Source: an uncultured delta proteobacterium (GTDB taxonomy: Bacteria > Desulfobacterota > Syntrophorhabdia > Syntrophorhabdales > WCHB1-27). Taken from it: 32,000 nt of DNA. Each line of letters opens with the position of its first letter. The first letter of the stretch is position 1. The position numbers were made by a program, and so were the translations under genes. The notes beneath the pieces are model-generated. The model was not told the DNA's origin. It ran no database searches and saw nothing but the letters and a program-made list of their open reading frames with translations. Shown here piece by piece: positions 25,583 through 32,000 of this stretch. The stretch is taken from assembly GCA_963835605.1 (NCBI GenBank), contig CAWIHO010000045.1, forward strand, positions 12,713 to 44,712. The letters are read 5' to 3'.

Positions 25583-26626
25583 ATGAACAGTGAGGACAGA
25601 ATACGGGAAAAAGCTCTGCAGCTCGGATACGAAGATTGCGGCATCATAAGAGTCGGCGCGCTGGCCGGTTATCGGGATAAGCTGGAGGAGCGCATCTCGC
25701 GGATTCCCATGGGAGAAAAGATCTATGGAAGGTTCAGGACCTACGCTGATCCCTCGGCGGCCAATCCCGCGATAAAATCCATCGTCGTCGCCATTGTCCC
25801 CAGTTACGGGTACAACGTGCCCGGCGAATTCGACGGTGTCTACGGCAAAGCCTATATGTTCGACAGTCGGACGGACGAGGACGCCCCATTTTTCGGTATA
25901 CGCAATGAGTTTGCCACGTTTCTTGAGAGTCTCGGTCTCAACTGCACGTTGGGCGACGGTCATGGAATCCCGGCGCCTGCACGCTGGGCAGCGTACCAGG
26001 CGGGGCTCGGAACCATCCGCCGAAATAACTTCTTCTACACAGAAAAAGGATCGCATAATCGCATAGAAATGCTCGCGGTAGACGGAGAGCTCGAACTCAT
26101 TCGCGACGTAAAGCTCAAAGATTGTCCTGAAAATTGCGGCAAATGCATCGAAGCCTGCCCGACCCATACTCTGTGCGCGCCGTATACCATGTCGATGATC
26201 GGGTGCATCAGCTTTCAGACCAACCTGTCGACCAATATGGGCATGGGCGTCCCCTCCCCCGAGATGACCGAACAGATCGGCGGAAGGCTCTACGGCTGCG
26301 ATGCATGCCAGGACGCATGCCCCTACAACAAAGGTAGATGGACAGGCGGCGAGGAGTTTCCGGGGCTCGACGCGCTCGTACCCTTGATGCGTCCGGAAAA
26401 CATCATGAAGGCAAACTACGACGAGATCGGGAGGACCTTGGGTCGCAAATACTGGTACATAAGGCCGGAAAATCTCTGGAAGTGGAAACTGAATGCGCTG
26501 ACCGTGATGGTGAACGGTTATCGCGAAAAATATGCAGCACCGATAAAGCTCGGGCTTGAAGACACCAACGAAAACGTGCGCAACTTCGCGCGCGGCGTCT
26601 GCTCGAGGCTCGGGATAGAGCACTGA
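25583..26626 (+). CDS. epoxyqueuosine reductase (QueG)-like Fe-S protein (reductive-dehalogenase superfamily), function uncertain
   Basis: 347 aa. CPENCGKCIEACP ... GCISFQTN ... GCDACQDACPYN is arranged as in QueG, followed by a helical-repeat C-terminus. GGAGG RBS. Divergent from the HxlR gene. Confidence 0.8.
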   Translation: MNSEDRIREKALQLGYEDCGIIRVGALAGYRDKLEERISRIPMGEKIYGRFRTYADPSAANPAIKSIVVAIVPSYGYNVPGEFDGVYGKAYMFDSRTDEDAPFFGIRNEFATFLESLGLNCTLGDGHGIPAPARWAAYQAGLGTIRRNNFFYTEKGSHNRIEMLAVDGELELIRDVKLKDCPENCGKCIEACPTHTLCAPYTMSMIGCISFQTNLSTNMGMGVPSPEMTEQIGGRLYGCDACQDACPYNKGRWTGGEEFPGLDALVPLMRPENIMKANYDEIGRTLGRKYWYIRPENLWKWKLNALTVMVNGYREKYAAPIKLGLEDTNENVRNFARGVCSRLGIEH

Positions 26627-27002
26627 GGCCGCGGCCATTTGTGGCTGCCTGCGAAAACGGTCCGAGAAGGCAAGGTCCCAAAGAGGCCCTTGGGGCAGGG
26701 GGCCATTCGCACCTCTCCTGACACTTACCACGCGTAAGTATTACCTGCTTAACATGAATGTCGGTACGCCATTGCAGGAAGTATCAAATGAGACTGCGTG
26801 GTTTATCGAGAACACCTACGAGTCAAGCATACGACCCTTTGACTTTGATCGTGAATTGCCGACAGAAAGCGTGGACCATGCTTCGCCCCAAGCCTCTGCT
26901 TTTCGTCATCGATCAGATCGGAACACGAAAAAGAATCTCGATCAACAACTATTGCTTAAAGGGCGCAACCGCCGCAGGCAAACATCGGCCTTCAACGATT
27001 CC

Positions 27003-27569
27003 TTAGGCATGCATTTCGTCATCGGCTTCAACACGGAACACCAACATACGGTAACTGCGCTCGTCATGAGCAAAGCGTCCAACCTCACTCATTCCCAGGC
27101 TCTTTGCATGCGCTTTCAATGAACGGGGATTGTCTTCATCTACGAAAGCCGAGCCCAAATCATACTTCCCGGTTACCTCACGTTTGATACCTTGGTAGAG
27201 TTCACGGAGCAAGCCTCGCCCTCGATAGGCCAGACCAAGACATGCTGGGCCATAAAGAAATATCTTATAGTCAGCGAGCGGGCGCCCTTGAAAACCAATG
27301 CGGTCAAACTCCGCGATCATGTTCTTTACAATCGAAGGTTGGTCGTCTGAGTTAAGCCGGGATGCGCACGCAAAACCGACAACACGATCATTATCCCTGG
27401 CTACGATGATACCAAGGTCACTCGCTATATCGGCTATTTGCTGCAAGGTATACTTTGCGGAGATGAAGCCCTGTTGCCGATCAGTTGGAGATAGATTCTG
27501 CTCATAGTTGGCCGCTGCCAATTCGCAGATTCCGGGATAGTCATCTGGGATGGCTCTTCTAATCTCCAT
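27003..27569 (-). CDS. GNAT-family N-acetyltransferase
   Basis: 188 aa. Acetyl-CoA motif A context LGLAYRGRGLLRELYQ. Confidence 0.75.
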   Translation of the reverse strand: MEIRRAIPDDYPGICELAAANYEQNLSPTDRQQGFISAKYTLQQIADIASDLGIIVARDNDRVVGFACASRLNSDDQPSIVKNMIAEFDRIGFQGRPLADYKIFLYGPACLGLAYRGRGLLRELYQGIKREVTGKYDLGSAFVDEDNPRSLKAHAKSLGMSEVGRFAHDERSYRMLVFRVEADDEMHA

Positions 27570-28207
27570 ATCCGTACGCCCTTTATTGATGCCTGAGACG
27601 CTTTATGCCGTAATCTCATCGACAGGCAAAATCTACTTTCCCTGTCGAACAGTAAGGACCGAAATCCTCTTCTCCTCCGGCCTCTCTATATGGAACCCGC
27701 TTTTCCCAACAGAAAACCGGATTTCTTCAGGTTATAGTTCCGCCTACACCACCGTCCTGTCTCTTTTTCTTATACTTTTTTAAATACGTTTACAAGTTTA
27801 AAAGACGCGATAAAGAGGGTGTCAGCGAGTGGTAAGAGGAATGCCATATTAGTCCCGGAGTCGTCGGATTAGGCAAGCATGGTTCAACCTGATACAATGG
27901 CGTCATAAGTGTAACAATGTGAGTTAATGTAATACAATAGTTGCGTTAATGTAATACAGAATAATAGTGACTCTATTTTAAATTTACAAATTGGGCGAAC
28001 CAGTGATTTTTCGGAGAGCGCCTGTGACACACTTGGATAAGTTTGAAAGCAGGACATACGCGTCCCTCGCGAGACAACATTTTGCTTTTGGCCATCTCGG
28101 AACTCATCCCCCTGACTTATCCAAGAAAAGACTTACATTATCTCCAAGAGAACAGTTTTCTGCACGCGCAAGTTTGTGCCGCAGTTTGCCGGCAGGGGAG
28201 GTAACTA

Positions 28208-28519
28208 ATGAGCAGAGAAGAACACGAACATGCGATGCCCGACGAGGAGCTTCTCCAGAAGCTGAGCGACGAGTACCAGGAAGCTCTTCTGGCGGATGAC
28301 AAGATGAGGATCGAGAATAATATAGCCCCTCGGTTCTGGCAGAGGTTTGGCCGCTATTACCACGCGTACTCAGTGGAATGGAAGGACCCTCACCCCACGA
28401 CGCCCGTAACCCGCCACTTGAGCGAATCAGCGCTCGGCGAGGTGGAAATGGAATGGATGGACCAGGTGCTGCGGGGCGAGATCGAACTGGGGGATGAGAC
28501 AGACGAGGAAGGCTGGTAG
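28208..28519 (+). CDS. hypothetical acidic protein (103 aa)
   Basis: ATG preceded by GGGGAGG. No motif I recognise. Coding call rests on the RBS and ORF length only. Confidence 0.5.
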   Translation: MSREEHEHAMPDEELLQKLSDEYQEALLADDKMRIENNIAPRFWQRFGRYYHAYSVEWKDPHPTTPVTRHLSESALGEVEMEWMDQVLRGEIELGDETDEEGW

Positions 28520-28525
28520 GGCTCT

Positions 28526-28954
28526 TTAAATGCTGTAGGTTTCCGGGCCTAGCGTGTGCACCCAGTTCGCCTTGAGGATCTCTTCTGCTTCCTTGGTTCT
28601 ATCCACGCCCAGTATCACGATAGCCTGGCCGCTCACCCTGCCCAGATGGGGATAGAGATAATGGACATTAATGCCTGCGTTTCTCAAGGGCTTGAGCACC
28701 GCATTGAGCCCTCCCGGGTGGTCAGGCGTCTCCACCGCCAGCACATCGGTCTCTCTCGTTGAAAAACCGTTGGCCTTAAGAATGTTGAGTGCCTTTACAG
28801 GATCATCCAGGACAAAGCGGACGGTGCTTAAGTCCGACGTGTCCGCAACGGATATCGCGCGGATGTTAACTCCTTCCCTGCCGAGTATCTCGCTCACATG
28901 AGATAGCGCACCGGGCACGTTGTCGAGGATAACCGAAATCTGTTTAATGACCAT
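28526..28954 (-). CDS. ACT domain-containing protein (two ACT repeats)
   Basis: 142 aa. VILDNVPGALSHVSEIL... and VETPDHPGGLNAVLKPL... are typical ACT beta-alpha-beta starts. Last gene of the oxidoreductase operon. Confidence 0.8.
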   Translation of the reverse strand: MVIKQISVILDNVPGALSHVSEILGREGVNIRAISVADTSDLSTVRFVLDDPVKALNILKANGFSTRETDVLAVETPDHPGGLNAVLKPLRNAGINVHYLYPHLGRVSGQAIVILGVDRTKEAEEILKANWVHTLGPETYSI

Positions 28955-28955
28955 C

Positions 28956-29501
28956 TTAGACGCACTCCTTCACGTAGTCAAAGCCCATCTGGAGGGCTTC
29001 CCTGTTGATCTTCGTCAGCTTCGATTTTCCTTCACCGAGTATCTCTGAGAGGTTCTTCATCAAGAATTCAAATGAGACGATATTGCTCGCCTTGACGAAG
29101 GCGCCCAGCAAGATCATGTTCGCCACTTTTATCGTCCCCAGCTTTTCCGCCAGCTGGCTCGTGGGGATCGCCACAATCTCGATGTCGCCCCGCGCAGAGG
29201 ACGTGTCCACGATCGAGGAGTTGACGCATATGAGCCCGCCTGACTGAAGGATGCTCTGAAACCGGAAGAAGGAAGGCTGGTTCATCGCAACGATGAACTC
29301 CGGCTCCGAAGCGACAGGAGATGAGATCTCCTCGTCCGACACCACCACGGTGCAATTCGCCGTACCACCTCTCACCTCAACGCCATACGAAGGAAGGTAC
29401 GTCACGTACTTACCCTCCAGCATGGCCGTGTTGGCAACGGTGTAGCCCATGGAAAGAACGCCTTGCCCGCCAAACCCGGAGAATATAGTCCGTATCAGCA
29501 T
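28956..29501 (-). CDS. 2-oxoacid:ferredoxin oxidoreductase gamma subunit
   Basis: 181 aa. IRTIFSGFGGQGVLSMG N-terminus typical of gamma subunits. Overlaps the beta stop. Confidence 0.85.
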   Translation of the reverse strand: MLIRTIFSGFGGQGVLSMGYTVANTAMLEGKYVTYLPSYGVEVRGGTANCTVVVSDEEISSPVASEPEFIVAMNQPSFFRFQSILQSGGLICVNSSIVDTSSARGDIEIVAIPTSQLAEKLGTIKVANMILLGAFVKASNIVSFEFLMKNLSEILGEGKSKLTKINREALQMGFDYVKECV

Positions 29502-30238
29502 TTTTTCGTCTCTTTGATCAGCCCGAGGGGAAAGACTTTTGTCATCACATCATCAACCCATCTGCAAGCATCGAGGGGGCTCATCTTCCAATTCGTCGGA
29601 CAGGGCGAAAGGATCTCCACCAATGAAAAGCCCGTCTTCTGCAACTGATGTCGAAAGGCCCTTGCTATAGCCTTCTTCGTCTTGATGATTCCCGCGGGTT
29701 TGTTCACGGCCACGCGCTCCAGGTAGGACGTGCCATCGAGCGTGGCGTAGACTTCACAAATTTTTACCGGATGGCCCTGGATAACAGAGTCCCTCCCTGC
29801 CGGCGACGTTGTGGTCACCTGTTCCAGCATGGTGGTCGGGGCCATCTGTCCGCCCGTCATACCGTAAACCCCGTTATTCACGAAAATCACAGAGATGAGC
29901 TCTCCGCGATTTGCCGCGTGAAAACCTTCGGCGGTGCCGATAGCCGCGAGGTCCCCGTCGCCCTGGTACGAGAAGACAAGATTCTCCGGCCGCACGCGCT
30001 TGATGCCCGTTGCTACGGCAGCGCCGCGCCCATGGGCCGATTCTATCGTATCGAAGTCGAAATAGTTGTAGAGGAGCATGCCGCAGCCTGCCGGCGCAAC
30101 GCAGATCGTCTTGTCCCGCAGCTCCATCTCATCCACGACCTCCGCGATGAGCCGGGTTATGACGCCGTGTCCGCATCCGGGGCAGTAATGGAAGTGGGCT
30201 TCTTTCATCGATTTGGGCCGGGCATAGACGGTCTTCAC
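29495..30238 (-). CDS. 2-oxoacid:ferredoxin oxidoreductase beta subunit (TPP-binding)
   Basis: 247 aa. HYCPGCGHG, GDGD...IGTAE and FVNNGVYGMTGGQ motifs. GTGA overlap with the alpha stop. Confidence 0.9.
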   Translation of the reverse strand: MKTVYARPKSMKEAHFHYCPGCGHGVITRLIAEVVDEMELRDKTICVAPAGCGMLLYNYFDFDTIESAHGRGAAVATGIKRVRPENLVFSYQGDGDLAAIGTAEGFHAANRGELISVIFVNNGVYGMTGGQMAPTTMLEQVTTTSPAGRDSVIQGHPVKICEVYATLDGTSYLERVAVNKPAGIIKTKKAIARAFRHQLQKTGFSLVEILSPCPTNWKMSPLDACRWVDDVMTKVFPLGLIKETKKC

Positions 30239-31313
30239 TGCTTCTTACCCCGCTGTGACTGGTAGAAATGGCGCGCGATGATCCGGGAGAGTTCTACGGG
30301 CGTGGGAATCACGCCTCCGGGTCTGCCATAAAAATGAATGTGCCCTTTGCCTTCCAGGGAAAGTTTGACGTCTTCGATCATTTGACCGGTGCTCATTTCA
30401 AACACAAAAAAGTCGCTGAGCTGCTTGGCTGTCTCCTGGATGATCTTCTTGGGAAAGGGCCAGAGTGAAATGGGGCGGATCAGTCCCACCTTCAAGCCCT
30501 CCTGCCTCAAGCGCTTGATCGCCCCTTTTGCGATCCGTGCGGCAATGCCGTAAGCAAGCACGGCCATGTCGGCATCATCAAGAAGAAACGTCTCGTAGCG
30601 CACCTCGTTTCGCTCCATCAGCTGATACTTTCTGAAGAGCTTCCAGTTATGCTCCTCCTCTTCCTTCGTATCAAAAAGGAGAGAGCGGATCATCCTGGAG
30701 GGACGCCCGCTGGCGCCTGACAGCACATAATCTTTCGGATATTCTTTCTTCGGTCGATCGGCTGCGTAGTGAACGTCACCGGCTCCATCATCTGACCGAG
30801 CATGCCATCGCCCAGTATGACCACGGGATTTCTGTATGCATCGGCCAGGTCAAATGCGACATTGACCAACTCGGCAGCCTCCTGCACGGATGCCGGGGCA
30901 AGAACGATCGTTCTGTAGTCGCCGTGGCCCCCGCCGCGCGTGGCCTGCAAATAGTCGGATTGCGCGGGAGAGATATTGCCCATGCCGGGTCCGCCGCGCA
31001 TCATGTTCACGATGACGGCAGGCAGCTCATCCGCGGCCAGATAGGAGACGCCTTCCTGCTTCAGGCTGATACCGGGTCCGCTGGAGGAGGTCATTGCACG
31101 CGCGCCGGCGGCAGACGCACCCAGCACCATGTTGATCGCCGCTATCTCGCTTTCAGACTGGATGAAAACAGCGCCGGGAACTTCGGCAATGCGCTTCGCC
31201 ATATACTCAGTCAGTTCATTCTGCGGTGTGATAGGATAGCCAAAGTAAGCGGTACATCCCGCCAGAACCGCGGCTTCTCCTACGGCGCTATTGCCGCTCA
31301 TCAGTCTTTTCAA
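30235..31313 (-). pseudogene. 2-oxoacid:ferredoxin oxidoreductase alpha subunit, split by a frameshift
   Basis: Two track ORFs (31313-30690 and 30726-30235) together make one colinear alpha subunit: [27 protein letters not shown] ... [14 protein letters not shown] // [24 protein letters not shown] ... The frame change lies within about 30740-30775. TTG start at 31313 with GAGGTG 6 nt upstream. Confidence 0.85.
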
Positions 31314-31518
31314 ACTGATACACCTCTATTGCTACTTCCGGGCACATCACAGCGCATATTGCGCAGCCCGTGCAGCCTTTCTTTTCTTCGAAGTCCGCAA
31401 TGAAATATCCCTTGAGATTGAGCCTGTTGGATAGCATGATAGCGTGACTCGGACAGTGTTCCATGCACCAGGAACAGCCCTTGCAGCGCTCCGGATCAAT
31501 CCGGATAAAACCCTTCAT
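31288..31518 (-). CDS. 2-oxoacid:ferredoxin oxidoreductase delta subunit (2x[4Fe-4S] ferredoxin)
   Basis: [12 protein letters not shown] and [12 protein letters not shown]. Start at ATG 31518 ([12 protein letters not shown]) rather than the track start at 31569. Confidence 0.8.
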   Translation of the reverse strand: MKGFIRIDPERCKGCSWCMEHCPSHAIMLSNRLNLKGYFIADFEEKKGCTGCAICAVMCPEVAIEVYQFEKTDERQ

Positions 31519-31573
31519 AGATATGCAACCCCTATACACCTTTTGAGAACTGTCACCGACAACGAGCAACGCT

Positions 31574-31603
31574 AGAGTAGCGCAGAGCCACGCCAGTTGT
31601 CAA
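31574..31603 (-). promoter_or_regulatory. possible sigma70-like promoter of the oxidoreductase operon (TTGACA-18-TACTCT, minus strand)
   Basis: Minus-strand -35 TTGACA at 31603-31598 and weak -10 TACTCT at 31579-31574. Confidence 0.3.
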
Positions 31604-31811
31604 GCCGGTTTTCGACATATGCTTTGAGGTATACTGCTAGACGAATGGTAGAAGAAGAGTCCCTCTCGAGACGCATCCTTCACGTGGACATGGATGCCTT
31701 TTTCGCGGCGCAAGGAGGAACGAGTGCCGTCGAACTGCAGCGTACGCTTTTGCTTGATATTTTCGGGAAAACGTACAAGACTTTTATAAGGGACAGCGCG
31801 GAGTGACAAAT

Positions 31812-32000
31812 GTGAAGATCCATACGAGAATAGCGACCGTCGCCCTGTCGTTTGCGCTCTTTATCGTGTTTTCAAGCAGTTCGCTCTATGCGCAGCAAAG
31901 GGGAGGGAGAAGAGGCAGTCAGCCACGCATTGGCACGGCAGGCCCGGCAGGCGCAGCCCCGAGAGTGACGTTGCCCCCGGAGTTTGACAACCGCCCCTTC
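31812..32000 (+). CDS. exported hypothetical protein, N-terminal 63 codons; runs off the right edge
   Basis: GTG at 31812, 9 nt after GGAG. My translation VKIHTRIATVALSFALFIVFSSSSLYAQQRGGRRGSQPR... looks like a signal peptide with an A-x-A type cleavage site. Open to the window end, so it is absent from the track. Confidence 0.4.
   Translation, partial: MKIHTRIATVALSFALFIVFSSSSLYAQQRGGRRGSQPRIGTAGPAGAAPRVTLPPEFDNRPF

Noticed and set aside
25550-26731. 393-aa minus-strand ORF, the longest ORF in this region
   Set aside because: It is antisense to the QueG-like gene. It has no recognisable motif and an Arg/Pro/Ala-rich composition typical of shadow ORFs in GC-rich coding DNA. The plus-strand frame carries the CxxCxxCxxxCP and GCDxCQxxCPxN motifs and a good RBS.
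27881-27889. GGTTCAACC resembling a tRNA T-loop
   Set aside because: The flanking bases cannot form a T-stem, and no acceptor or anticodon arms can be drawn. It is not a tRNA.
23956-31403. Plus-strand ORFs 23956-24825 (289 aa), 29648-30265 (205 aa) and 30924-31403 (159 aa)
   Set aside because: They are antisense to the IS110 transposase and to the oxidoreductase beta and alpha genes, and have no motifs.

Overview
All calls here come from reading the sequence and the supplied ORF track. No searches were run, so family names rest on motifs I recognise by eye.

The window is a gene-dense, compositionally mosaic bacterial region. The left end looks AT-richer by eye and the 14.5-21.8 kb segment GC-richer. 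It probably comes from an anaerobe. That is an inference from the ferredoxin-linked 2-oxoacid oxidoreductase, the QueG-like Fe-S protein and the two molybdoenzymes; no phylogenetic marker is present.

Layout, left to right:
- 1-3.9 kb (-): a TRAP transporter operon. Its solute-binding gene is present twice as a letter-perfect 1132-bp direct repeat, and the binding protein lacks the canonical carboxylate-binding Arg.
- 4.2-8.8 kb (+): a three-gene operon, divergent from the TRAP operon. It encodes a Tat-less molybdopterin (bis-MGD type) oxidoreductase, a four-cluster Fe-S subunit and an NAD(P)/FAD flavoprotein. No membrane anchor is present.
- 8.9-12.7 kb (-): a convergent xanthine-dehydrogenase-family operon in the order large, FAD, 2Fe-2S.
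- 12.8-14.4 kb: an IS5/IS1182-type IS with perfect 16-bp inverted repeats and CTAA flanks.
- 14.53-14.69 kb: a promoter, a GEMM-I-like cyclic-dinucleotide riboswitch candidate and an intrinsic terminator. These lead into a signal-peptide-bearing SAM methyltransferase.
- 15.7-17.6 kb (-): two further methyltransferases, one frameshifted at a (CG)4 run, and an unlisted 57-aa zinc-ribbon ORF.
- 18.3-21.8 kb (+): a ptxABCD-type phosphite uptake and NAD-dependent phosphite dehydrogenase operon.
- 22.2-23.3 kb (-): two tandem paralogous stand-alone receiver proteins.
- 23.5-24.9 kb (-): a decayed IS110-family element with two frameshifts and a structured non-coding end.
- 25.1-26.6 kb: a divergent HxlR regulator and QueG-like Fe-S protein pair.
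- 27.0-28.5 kb: a GNAT acetyltransferase and a small acidic hypothetical protein.
- 28.5-31.5 kb (-): a four-subunit 2-oxoacid:ferredoxin oxidoreductase operon (delta-alpha-beta-gamma) plus an ACT-domain protein. The alpha gene is frameshifted.

I found no rRNA, tRNA or CRISPR array.

The best candidates for something undescribed are:
- the soluble NAD(P)-linked molybdoenzyme together with the atypical, duplicated TRAP binding protein
- the riboswitch-controlled exported methyltransferase
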